A stretch of DNA of 41,235 nt from the NCBI GenBank assembly GCA_036517235.1, contig DATDXL010000013.1:1-41235 (forward strand). Reading direction: 5' to 3'. The notes below the pieces were generated by a model. The model saw only the letters and a program-made list of their open reading frames with translations, ran no database searches and had not been told where the DNA came from. The translations under genes were made by a program, and so were the position numbers. The stretch is from Minisyncoccota bacterium (GTDB lineage Bacteria > Patescibacteriota > Minisyncoccia > Phycocordibacterales > DSPV01). Below, one piece after another: positions 17,445 through 25,833 of this stretch; the first letter of the stretch is position 1, and the number at the start of each line of letters is the position of its first letter.

Positions 17445-18359
17445 ATGGTACAAAAATACGTTTATCGTGGCGTAGAGTGGATTGATCTCGATTCACCCAC
17501 ATATGAAGAAGTGGCGACTGTTGCCCGTGAACGAAACCTTAACCGAGTTCTTGCTGAAGAGCTTACCAAACCATCACTAAAGCCGAAGGTAGACCTCTAC
17601 CGAGATCATCTCTATCTCGTACTCCATTTCCCGGCTATCAGACAGTCGCATACAGGTCCCTCAAATCAGGAAATAGATTTCATCATCGGAAAGGATTTTA
17701 TCATCACAACCCACTACGACACCGTAGATCCCCTTCACGAATTCTCGAAAATATTCGAAGTGAATGCTATTCTTGAGAGGTCAGACTTCGGAGAACATGC
17801 CGGCTATATCTTCTACTACATGCTCAAGCATATCTACAAAGGGACAGAGAACGAGCTGGAGAGCATCAAAGAGAAACTCGAAACTATTGAAGCGGGCATC
17901 TTTTCCGGGAAGGAAAGGCAGATGGTGGAGAGAATATCTCACCTCGGCAGAGACATCCTCGCGATAAAAGGAGCGCTCCGCCCGCACCAACAGATTTTGG
18001 ATTCTCTCACCCTTGCGGCGGTGAAATTCTTCGGTAAAGACTTCGAGTACCCAATGCACTCCATCACCAACGAATATTTCCGAATTAACAACGAGATAGC
18101 GCATGCCAGCGAACTGATGAATGAGCTCCGTGAGACGAACAACACTCTTGTCTCTACACATCAAAACGAAATCATGCAACAGCTCTCCGTAATCGCCTTT
18201 ATTGCGCTTCCGATCGGTTTAGTGCTCACGCTCTTCCAGATAGACACGGTCTCGAAGCCGATCGTTGGGACAGAAGGTGATTTCTGGATCATCCTCTCGA
18301 CAGTAGTGGCCATGGCGCTCCTCCTATACTCATTCGCAAAAGCTAAAAAATGGCTTTAG
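17445..18359 (+). CDS. CorA-like divalent cation transporter homologue lacking the GMN motif
   Basis: CorA-like cytoplasmic domain plus two C-terminal TM helices ending KKWL. LFQID stands where YGMNF is expected. Start set at ATG 17445 (the ORF opens at TTG 17412). Confidence 0.75.
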   Translation: MVQKYVYRGVEWIDLDSPTYEEVATVARERNLNRVLAEELTKPSLKPKVDLYRDHLYLVLHFPAIRQSHTGPSNQEIDFIIGKDFIITTHYDTVDPLHEFSKIFEVNAILERSDFGEHAGYIFYYMLKHIYKGTENELESIKEKLETIEAGIFSGKERQMVERISHLGRDILAIKGALRPHQQILDSLTLAAVKFFGKDFEYPMHSITNEYFRINNEIAHASELMNELRETNNTLVSTHQNEIMQQLSVIAFIALPIGLVLTLFQIDTVSKPIVGTEGDFWIILSTVVAMALLLYSFAKAKKWL

Positions 18360-19822
18360 GGTTCTTCAGAAAATGGTTCGTTATTGAGTCGTCCTCACCC
18401 GACGACGCAGGCATCGCTTTCTTCAATACGCTACACAGCAAAAAAGAGCTTTTTCGAGCGCTCAAACCGGGAAGTGTCAGGATGTACCACTGCGGCCCCA
18501 CAGTGTACGGCCCCACGCACATTGGCCATGCAAGGCCCTACGTCTTCGCTGACCTCTTGAAACGCCTTTTCCTTTACTCAGGCTTCAAGGTGTCTCAAGT
18601 GATAAACATAACAGACGTAGGTCATCTCACCGACGATGAGGATCAAGGGCTCGACAAGATAGAGGAAGGGGCAAAGAAGGAACAAAAAACGGCAGCAGAC
18701 ATAACAAAACGGTACACCGAGGATTTCCTCGAGAACCTCTCAAAACTCAACGTCGATACTGAAGGTACGCTCTTCCCCAAAGCGACTGAACATATTCCCG
18801 AGCAGATCGCGTTCATACAGTCACTTGAGCAAAAGGGTTATACGTATAAGACTTCGGACGGAATCTATTTCGACACCTCGCTCTTTAAGAAGTATGGGGA
18901 ACTCGGGGACATCAACCTCAAGGGTCTGCAGGAGGGCGCTCGCATAGCCGCCAATACAGAAAAGAAGCACGCTACCGACTTCGCACTTTGGAAATTCTCA
19001 AGATTGGAAGAAAAACGCCAACAGGAATGGGAAAGCCCTTGGGGAGTTGGCTTCCCTGGCTGGCACATCGAATGTTCCGCAATGTCGACGAAATATCTGG
19101 GACACCGCTTTGACATCCACACCGGAGGTATCGACCACATCCCCACACATCATCAAAATGAGATAGCCCAATCTGAAGCCGCGTTCGGGAAACCGTTCGT
19201 CAATTATTGGCTTCACGTCGCTCATCTGATGATAGACGGGAAAAAAATTTCAAAATCGCTTGGGAACGCGATCCTCCTTAAGCACATCGAGGCGCGAGGA
19301 ATACCTCCCCTTGCGTATCGCTATTGGCTCCTCACCTCGCACTATCGGACCCAAGTTAATTTTACCTGGGATGCGCTCGAGGCTGCAGCAAAGGCATACT
19401 TTAAACTGCAACGTCATTTTGTGGATGATCTTGGTATAAAAAGAGGTTCTGTGAACAACACTTATCATTATGAATTCAAAAACGCTCTTTACGACGACGT
19501 TGACACCCCTAAAGCCGTCGCGCTCATGTGGAACATGGTAAAGGACGAGAAGGTTGCCAATCCGGATAAAAAGGCGACATTGCTTGAATTTGACCGCGTC
19601 CTTGGGCTAAATCTCTCAGAAGCACAGGCCTTCATCGAAGAAAGCCGAAAAACGCTTGCTATTTCGAGTCTTCCCAAGGAAGTTCAGGCTTTTTTCGATG
19701 AACGGGAGAAGGCTCGCGAAGCTAAAGATTTCGTCAAAGCCGATGAACTTCGAGAAAAAATAACAGCAGCCGGATATTCGGTAGAAGATTCACCTTCTGG
19801 GCCTAAGTTGACAAAAATATAA
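18350..19822 (+). CDS. cysS: Cysteinyl-tRNA synthetase
   Basis: CGPTVYGPTHIGHARPY (HIGH), KISKSLGN (KMSKS), WHIECS zinc site. 10-nt overlap with the preceding gene. Confidence 0.95.
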   Translation: MALGFFRKWFVIESSSPDDAGIAFFNTLHSKKELFRALKPGSVRMYHCGPTVYGPTHIGHARPYVFADLLKRLFLYSGFKVSQVINITDVGHLTDDEDQGLDKIEEGAKKEQKTAADITKRYTEDFLENLSKLNVDTEGTLFPKATEHIPEQIAFIQSLEQKGYTYKTSDGIYFDTSLFKKYGELGDINLKGLQEGARIAANTEKKHATDFALWKFSRLEEKRQQEWESPWGVGFPGWHIECSAMSTKYLGHRFDIHTGGIDHIPTHHQNEIAQSEAAFGKPFVNYWLHVAHLMIDGKKISKSLGNAILLKHIEARGIPPLAYRYWLLTSHYRTQVNFTWDALEAAAKAYFKLQRHFVDDLGIKRGSVNNTYHYEFKNALYDDVDTPKAVALMWNMVKDEKVANPDKKATLLEFDRVLGLNLSEAQAFIEESRKTLAISSLPKEVQAFFDEREKAREAKDFVKADELREKITAAGYSVEDSPSGPKLTKI

Positions 19823-19885
19823 AGAAAATCCGAGATCATTTCAGATCGCGGATAATGATTGATCTTATTGGATGTGCGTAGTGTA

Positions 19886-20044
19886 TCATCCGTAAAACCA
19901 CCCTTCTACTCTTGCCTGAAGTCTGAGAAATGCATCTTCGAGTTTTAACCCAACAAAGTGACCAACTTTGGCGCCAATGGCGGAAGCGAGCGCGAATGAG
20001 AGAAAAATCCCCACAACCTTCAGATTTAGTAAAAATTCTGTCAT
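19886..20044 (-). CDS. Possible small membrane protein (52 aa; below the ORF-track cutoff)
   Basis: Hand-translated: MTEFLLNLKVVGIFLSFALASAIGAKVGHFVGLKLEDAFLRLQARVEGWFYG. One TM; the SD is weak. Confidence 0.3.
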   Translation of the reverse strand: MTEFLLNLKVVGIFLSFALASAIGAKVGHFVGLKLEDAFLRLQARVEGWFYG

Positions 20045-20309
20045 AGTCAGTTCTTTCTTTTATGCGGTGAATTCCGATTAAAGAATACTACACTAAGTTA
20101 CAGTCGTCAACTTTCTTCTCCCATTACTCTAAGTGAGGCTTGGGTTTTCTGGAACATTGCGGAGCGCGACGGCGCGAGCAGAGAAATCCGCTAGCAAGCG
20201 AATATTCGTGTTCTTGAAAGGAAGAGCCGAGTGGTTCTCCCCATATTGATAACAGGTTATTACTATATTGCTGTATTTTTGTGGTTCTTTCGTATGATAC
20301 AATCCGCTT

Positions 20310-21695
20310 ATGGCAAAACCCGCTTTTGATGCAACTCGCATTCCCCCTCAAAACCTCGAGGCCGAGCAAGCTCTCCTCGGCTCGATTCTCCTGCGCCAGG
20401 ACGCTCTCAATGACATCATCGACATCATAACGCCTGCTTCTTTTTACGCAGAGAAGCATAAACTCATCTTCGAGACAATACTCGAGCTCTTCGGCAAAGG
20501 CTCCCCCATCGACCTTCTCTCGCTTACCTCGCGTCTTGAAGAGAAAAAGCTTCTCGAGCGCGCCGGAGGCGCGCGTTACCTCGCCGAGCTCGCAGGTTCT
20601 GTCCCCTCCTCCATCAACGCGCGGCACTACGCCGAGATCGTCCAAAAGAAACATGTGAAGAGGAATCTTATCGAGGTCTCCGAACATATCCGAAATCTAG
20701 GCTATGACGAAGAGAACGAGCTTGAGCACCTCCTTGACAACGCCGAGAAGCGGCTCTTCGACGTCACCAATAGCTCCGGCAAGCATCGCTTCATGGAACT
20801 CAAGGAGATGCTAGGCGATGCATGGGAGAGGCTTGACCGCCTCCACAAGTCTCGAGGCGAGCTTCGCGGCATTCCAACAGGGTTCAAGGAATTGGATAAC
20901 CTCCTCGCTGGCTTGCAGAAATCAGACCTCATCATACTCGCCGCGCGCCCCTCGATGGGAAAGACCTCCCTCGCGCTCGATATCGCACGACAGACAGCCG
21001 TACAGCACAATACGGCAGTCGGCATCTTCTCGCTTGAAATGAGCAGTCAACAGCTCGTGGACCGTATGCTCGCGGCACAAAGTCATGTCAACGCGTGGGC
21101 ACTGCGTACGGGACACCTTTCATCGGCCAACGACTTTGATCGTATCCGTGATGCACTGGATGTGCTTGCTAAGGCGCCCATCTTCATTGACGACCAGCCG
21201 GGACAATCCATCCTCAAGATGCGCTCGGTAGCGCGTAAAATGAAGCGAGAGAAGAATCTAGGCCTCATCGTAGTGGACTACCTGCAACTCATGCTCACCG
21301 GCATGAAAAACGCCAACGACTCGTTCTACCAGCAGGTAACCGAGATCTCGCGCTCTCTCAAGCAACTCGCCCGTGAGCTCGAAGTTCCCGTTCTCGCGCT
21401 CTCTCAGCTCTCCCGCGCCGTCGAACAAAGAGGCGGCAAACCGCGGCTTTCAGACCTGCGCGATTCTGGTTCCATCGAACAGGATGCCGACGTCGTAATG
21501 TTCATCCACCGCGAAGACAAGTACAAGGAAGATTCGGATAAGCCCAATATTGCGGAGATCATGGTAGAGAAGCACCGCAATGGGCCTACGGGAAAAATAG
21601 AGCTCTATTTTGACGAGAAAAAAGCGACGTTTATGCCCATTGAGAAAGCAAGCTTCAAGGACTTCGAGCCGGCTCAGGCGGAAGAGACCTTATAG
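20310..21695 (+). CDS. dnaB: Replicative DNA helicase
   Basis: N-terminal PPQNLEAEQALLGSIL, Walker A ARPSMGKTSLAL, and the DnaB C-terminal RecA-like motifs. Confidence 0.95.
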   Translation: MAKPAFDATRIPPQNLEAEQALLGSILLRQDALNDIIDIITPASFYAEKHKLIFETILELFGKGSPIDLLSLTSRLEEKKLLERAGGARYLAELAGSVPSSINARHYAEIVQKKHVKRNLIEVSEHIRNLGYDEENELEHLLDNAEKRLFDVTNSSGKHRFMELKEMLGDAWERLDRLHKSRGELRGIPTGFKELDNLLAGLQKSDLIILAARPSMGKTSLALDIARQTAVQHNTAVGIFSLEMSSQQLVDRMLAAQSHVNAWALRTGHLSSANDFDRIRDALDVLAKAPIFIDDQPGQSILKMRSVARKMKREKNLGLIVVDYLQLMLTGMKNANDSFYQQVTEISRSLKQLARELEVPVLALSQLSRAVEQRGGKPRLSDLRDSGSIEQDADVVMFIHREDKYKEDSDKPNIAEIMVEKHRNGPTGKIELYFDEKKATFMPIEKASFKDFEPAQAEETL

Positions 21696-21704
21696 TGGCT
21701 TGTC

Positions 21705-21855
21705 CCCGTTAGAAATTTATCTTTACACTATTCAGCGAAGCGCGAGGGGCGAATAGCCCCCTACCTCACAAGGGCGCAGCGCTTCGCCGGAAACGGGACG
21801 CACCTATTCGGTGCGCGCACTGCGCGAGATTATTCATTAATAAATTTCTAACGGG
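21705..21855. repeat. Structured 151-nt element with 16-bp perfect terminal inverted repeats filling the dnaB-recR spacer
   Basis: CCCGTTAGAAATTTAT (21705-21720) is the reverse complement of ATAAATTTCTAACGGG (21840-21855). Internal stems: GCGAAGCGC/GCGCTTCGC, GGGGC-GAATA-GCCCC, GCGCACC-TATTC-GGTGCGC. Confidence 0.6.
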
Positions 21856-22482
21856 ATGAAAGACGGCATAGAAAAACTGGTGGAAGAATTTTCCCACTTC
21901 CCCGGCGTGGGTCCCCGCCAGGCCAAACGCTTCGCATTCTATCTCCTCACCCGCGATGAAAAGAAATTAAAATCTTTCACCGAGGAACTCTTAAAAGCGA
22001 AAAAATCCATCGCTCACTGCACGCTCTGTCAGCGCCTATTCATAAAAACCGAAAAAGTGACCCTTTGCGGCATTTGCAATGACGAGAGTCGAGATAAGGC
22101 CCTCCTCATGGTCGTGGGACACGATGTCGACATAGAATCGGTAGAAAAGAGCGGGAGCTTTAAGGGATACTATTTCGTGCTGGGCGGCTCTATCCCCATT
22201 CTCGATGAGAAACCGGAAGAACATGTGCGTCTTGTGGGTCTCAAAAAAGCAGCTCTCGCCCAAACGCAGAAGGGCCTCAAAGAACTAATACTTGCGCTTG
22301 ACGCAAATCCAGAAGGAGAACACACGAGCGATTATGTATTGAAATTTCTCTCTCCTATCGTCCAAGAGAAAAATATCAAGATTTCAGTGCTCGGCCGTGG
22401 TCTCTCGACCGGCACCGAGCTCCAGTATTCCGATCCAGAAACCATCAAAAACGCGCTTGCTAACCGCGCCCAGGCAAAATAA
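21856..22482 (+). CDS. recR: Recombination protein RecR
   Basis: HhH GVGPRQAKRFAFYLL, a C4 zinc finger (CTLCQ...CGICND), and a Toprim domain. Confidence 0.95.
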   Translation: MKDGIEKLVEEFSHFPGVGPRQAKRFAFYLLTRDEKKLKSFTEELLKAKKSIAHCTLCQRLFIKTEKVTLCGICNDESRDKALLMVVGHDVDIESVEKSGSFKGYYFVLGGSIPILDEKPEEHVRLVGLKKAALAQTQKGLKELILALDANPEGEHTSDYVLKFLSPIVQEKNIKISVLGRGLSTGTELQYSDPETIKNALANRAQAK

Positions 22483-22526
22483 AACTACCCTCATGTGGTA
22501 GCTTATGTGTTCTGGAAACATGATGA

Positions 22527-22739
22527 TTACTTGAATCTCCATCTCCAGAGCGACGTCATAACTGTCTGAACAAAAGCTTCTTCCTTACTTACTGGTACTT
22601 CATCAGCAAACGCTTTGCACTCCGCTTGGAGTTGTGCAAGCCTTTGTTCTTCAACCAGCGTGAGTCCACCCCCACGGAATTTCTTGTTGATCAAGTCAAG
22701 ACGTTCTGCGTTTAGTTTAGAGAATTTTTCACTTGTCAT
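22527..22739 (-). CDS. Small hypothetical protein (70 aa, helical)
   Basis: ATG ORF and the only candidate in the interval. No family was recognised. Confidence 0.4.
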   Translation of the reverse strand: MTSEKFSKLNAERLDLINKKFRGGGLTLVEEQRLAQLQAECKAFADEVPVSKEEAFVQTVMTSLWRWRFK

Positions 22740-22907
22740 ATCCTTCTTCTGTTTCTTTTGTCCAGCTTCTAAGATAAAAGACTACTGCTTTCTCTAGTGT
22801 TGTCAATATCTTGTATTTTGTATTGTCTAATTCGCTCGAATGGTTCAATAGAAGTTAATGAGCTCTGCACAAAGCTATGCTGATCAATCTATGTATGCTT
22901 TACCGTT

Positions 22908-23839
22908 AAATAATCAACACCTTCGCAACACTTCCAGTGGAGTTTGGTAGTTGATTCCCATGTGCGTTCGTTCTGAATTGTAATACGGCAAAAACGTCTT
23001 GATGGCTTTTCGAAAGTGATGAATCGTCTGAGTTGTTCGATCCAAACATTCCTCCTGAATGGTTCGGTTGAACCTTTCGATGTGCGCCTGGTCGTTTGAT
23101 TGCCTGACACGGCTGTACCGATGAGTGAGTCCGAGCTTGTACACACGGAATAGGAACATCTTTTGGAATTCTCCTCCGTTGTCGGTCTGAACCATTTGAA
23201 ACTGGAATGGAGCGATGAGCTTGGCTTTTTCAACGAAACGGAAGCTCTTTGCCGAGGAGATACTCCTAGTCACTTCCGCGTATGCCCAGCGTGAATACAA
23301 ATCAATGAGCGTATACACATACAAGCGTAATCCATTGGGTAGCATGATATGCACCGTGTCGGCCTCAAGAAGGCTCCCTGGAGCCGTGATTTCGGGTCGT
23401 TCGGTGTAGTCATGGGGTCGTTTCCACGGACTGCGCTTTTTTAGCAAACCGCACCGGCTCAAGGTTCTTTGGACGGAAGGCAAGCTCACCTCAACGCCTT
23501 CCCGTTTGAGTTCGTGATATATGTGCTGACCGCACCTTCTTCTACCGATCCTTTTTTGAATAATCGCTGACACGATTTCTGCTCCAAGAGCGTTGGGATG
23601 TCTCTTTGGTGCCGACGATGCCGTCGGTATCTCATGCCAGCCGGTGCCGAGAGGGTGTTTGCACCACCTAGATACCGTGCTCGGTTGCACTCCATACCGC
23701 AACGCAACCTTCCGCATCGACCAGTGACGATACTTCACAAGGTTCACCGCATCGCGGCGTACCTTGGGCATATGGGGATTTTGTGTGTATGACATCTTCA
23801 TATTCTATATCGCTTGGGTGTTGCGAAGGTCATGATACA
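22908..23839 (-). mobile_element. IS481-family-like insertion sequence (boundaries approximate)
   Basis: A single DDE transposase ORF is flanked by imperfect inverted repeats: ATCAACACCTTCGCAACAC (22913-22931) and the reverse complement of GTGTTGCGAAGGTCATGAT (23818-23836), 17/19 identical. Confidence 0.75.
22914..23801 (-). CDS. IS481-type DDE transposase (HTH plus rve integrase core)
   Basis: N-terminal HTH (MRKVALRYGVQPSTVSRWCK) and the DDE triad context LEADTVHI, VQTDNGGEF, HIERFNRTIQEE. Confidence 0.9.
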   Translation of the reverse strand: MKMSYTQNPHMPKVRRDAVNLVKYRHWSMRKVALRYGVQPSTVSRWCKHPLGTGWHEIPTASSAPKRHPNALGAEIVSAIIQKRIGRRRCGQHIYHELKREGVEVSLPSVQRTLSRCGLLKKRSPWKRPHDYTERPEITAPGSLLEADTVHIMLPNGLRLYVYTLIDLYSRWAYAEVTRSISSAKSFRFVEKAKLIAPFQFQMVQTDNGGEFQKMFLFRVYKLGLTHRYSRVRQSNDQAHIERFNRTIQEECLDRTTQTIHHFRKAIKTFLPYYNSERTHMGINYQTPLEVLRRC

Positions 23840-23849
23840 TTACGTTTAC

Positions 23850-23878
23850 TTGACTAAACCACTGCACTTTGCTAAAGT
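23850..23878 (+). promoter_or_regulatory. Promoter of the yerC-like gene; geometry predicts a leaderless mRNA
   Basis: TTGACT-17 nt-TAAAGT-6 nt-ATG (23885). No SD is possible in that space. Confidence 0.5.
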
Positions 23879-23884
23879 ACTGTT

Positions 23885-24199
23885 ATGGACTGGAAAAACA
23901 TCGAAAAGACAAGGTTAGTTAAAGCGATTTTAGCGCTACAGACTACTGATGAGACACAGCGTTTTCTGCGTGATTTAATGACCGAATCTGAAATAGAGGA
24001 GTTCGCCAAACGGCTCCAGACGGCTGAATTGTTAGAGCAAAAAGTCCCTTATTCAACCATTGAGGAAAAAACGGGGCTAAGTTCAACAACTATCGCCCGA
24101 GTTTCTAAATGGCTCAATGGCAAACAGGAAGGGTATAAAACGATACTTAACAGATTGCATCATCATAACTCTATCCATGCAGGGAGAGGGTTGTCTTAA
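23885..24199 (+). CDS. yerC: TrpR-related YerC/YecD-family DNA-binding protein
   Basis: FLRDLMTESEIEEFAKRLQTAELLEQKVPYSTIEEKTGLSSTTIARVSKWLNG matches the YerC/YecD (Trp repressor-like) pattern. Confidence 0.85.
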   Translation: MDWKNIEKTRLVKAILALQTTDETQRFLRDLMTESEIEEFAKRLQTAELLEQKVPYSTIEEKTGLSSTTIARVSKWLNGKQEGYKTILNRLHHHNSIHAGRGLS

Positions 24200-24226
24200 T
24201 TTACCTATAAAGCGTAATGAAGCCAA

Positions 24227-24258
24227 CCCCCTCCCTGCATGGAGGGGGTTATTTGTTT
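24227..24258 (+). terminator. Intrinsic terminator after yerC; its 5' half can instead pair with the end of the yerC coding region
   Basis: CCCCCTCC-CTGCAT-GGAGGGGG followed by TTATTTGTTTAT. The competing 19-bp helix pairs 24175-24193 with 24224-24242. Confidence 0.55.
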
Positions 24259-24304
24259 ATCTACCTACAACAAAATGATAAATAAAGTTCTTTGAGAGGT
24301 GCAT

Positions 24305-25084
24305 ATGGACTATGACCGACACGATCGTCAGGCGATAAAAAAATTGCCTTATTGGCCTCAGAAACTTTTTGAGGTCATTGAGAAGGAGGAAAAAGGGGAA
24401 ATACGTGATGTGCCAGGATTGTGCAAGGCACTCATGCAGCTTCCTCCTGTTTTCGTCTTCTTTTCCTGTCTCTCTGGCGATGGAAAGAGAGAAGAGTCGG
24501 GACAAGATCTTGGTGTGCTGTTCACAACCTCCCTTCGTCAAAAAATGGAACAGTTTACGGCCTTGCTTTCCAATACAGGGTTTAGGCCAACAACCCTAAT
24601 CATCATTGATGACACCGAACCGGTACGGTTCTGGAACTGGAATATCCTTCAAGAAGAAGTAACAACCTGGTGTCGAATGATTGTTAAGGAAACGAATATT
24701 CCTAATTACTGGTGTATCTCACTATGGTCAGATCTTGAAAAGATTCGTGAAACGAATCTGTATGTGGATGGCACCTTCGCGTCTTCCTATGAAGAATACC
24801 GAAGAATCAGAGGTGACAAGGTTGTGAGATCCGTTGCATATCACAAACTCCTTCAGCATATCAAACAATACCCGAACAAGGGACTCAAAACGTTGTCTGC
24901 GCAAGAAGCAACTATCAACAAACTTGTCCAGTACGAGTTCCAAGGTGAGATCTTGAAGAAAGTAGTACCGAATGCGATTCTCGTCCAGACAGAAACACCA
25001 TGGGAAGTGAAAGATTTGCTGTTTCATAACCAGTTACGAAAATCTGTGGCAAGCATCATTCATCCGTTCGAAAGGAGGAGATAG
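24305..25084 (+). CDS. Hypothetical protein (259 aa), family not recognised
   Basis: ATG 5 nt after GAGAGG, followed by a strong terminator. The composition looks soluble. Confidence 0.6.
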   Translation: MDYDRHDRQAIKKLPYWPQKLFEVIEKEEKGEIRDVPGLCKALMQLPPVFVFFSCLSGDGKREESGQDLGVLFTTSLRQKMEQFTALLSNTGFRPTTLIIIDDTEPVRFWNWNILQEEVTTWCRMIVKETNIPNYWCISLWSDLEKIRETNLYVDGTFASSYEEYRRIRGDKVVRSVAYHKLLQHIKQYPNKGLKTLSAQEATINKLVQYEFQGEILKKVVPNAILVQTETPWEVKDLLFHNQLRKSVASIIHPFERRR

Positions 25085-25153
25085 ACCTATGTATAGAATT
25101 GTCCACCGCAGGATTCATAGAAGAAGCAGTCCTGCACCCGTGCACAAGTCACT

Positions 25154-25185
25154 AGCACCGCAATTGTTAATTGCGGTGCTTTTTT
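25154..25185. terminator. Bidirectional terminator between the 24305-25084 gene and rplU
   Basis: AGCACCGCAATT-GTT-AATTGCGGTGCT followed by TTTTT. Confidence 0.7.
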
Positions 25186-25618
25186 ACTTGATTGATTCGA
25201 TTTTGATCAAAAAATAGGGCTGGCGGTGACCACGGCGGACGAAGTAACGGCTCTTTTGTTTGTATTTGATAGTCTCCACCTTTTTATTTCGTCCTATCGC
25301 TTTGATCGTGCCGGTGACCTTCGCCCCATCAATGAAAGGGGTGCCGATGGTCGTATCGGTACCATTATCTACGATGAGCACTTTATCGAATGTGAGCGTT
25401 TCGCCATCTTTGTGCTCTCCTTGGAGCTTCTCGATTTTAAGCATTGTCCCGGGAGAAACCACATACTGCTTCCCCCCTGTCGCGATAACGGCAAATTCTT
25501 TTGAAATAAGAGGTGCGACTGATTGAGACACCATTCCCGGTGCTTTCTTGGTTTCCTTAGGCGCCTCAGGGCTCTTTTGGGTTATTTTTCGTATTGTTTT
25601 CTTTTCTGCTGCCATCAT
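25184..25618 (-). CDS. rplU: 50S ribosomal protein L21 with a ~40-aa Lys/Pro-rich N-terminal extension
   Basis: The core FAVIATGGKQYVVSPGTMLKIEKL...KVLIV is canonical L21. The extension is MMAAEKKTIRKITQKSPEAPKETKKAPG... Confidence 0.9.
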   Translation of the reverse strand: MMAAEKKTIRKITQKSPEAPKETKKAPGMVSQSVAPLISKEFAVIATGGKQYVVSPGTMLKIEKLQGEHKDGETLTFDKVLIVDNGTDTTIGTPFIDGAKVTGTIKAIGRNKKVETIKYKQKSRYFVRRGHRQPYFLIKIESIK

Positions 25619-25833
25619 ATGAGTAGAAGTAGTATTCTACACAAAAATATCCTAAAAGCAATAGGGGGGGCTTAAAACCAAAGGTTATTCCGACAAGTGA
25701 GGAGCGAAGTAAAAGTTTACTTTTATTGTCTAGCGAGTGAGTGAAGTGAAAAAAGTCCTTCTTTTTCAGTTCCGAACGAGTGACGGTAACAAAGGTTTTA
25801 ATACCCTTTGTTTCGTCCAAACGCTGTCGGAAC

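Noticed and set aside
21705-21855. Calling the dnaB-recR element (or the 14801-14980 unit) SRP RNA because of synteny with recR.
   Set aside because: The helix-8 signature (GNAR tetraloop closed by C-G pairs, flanked by AGG / GNAGCAGC-type loops) could not be fitted. The CCG-GAAA-CGG hairpin has no AGCA loop, and CAGG...AGCAG at 14808-14826 lacks the required base pairing.
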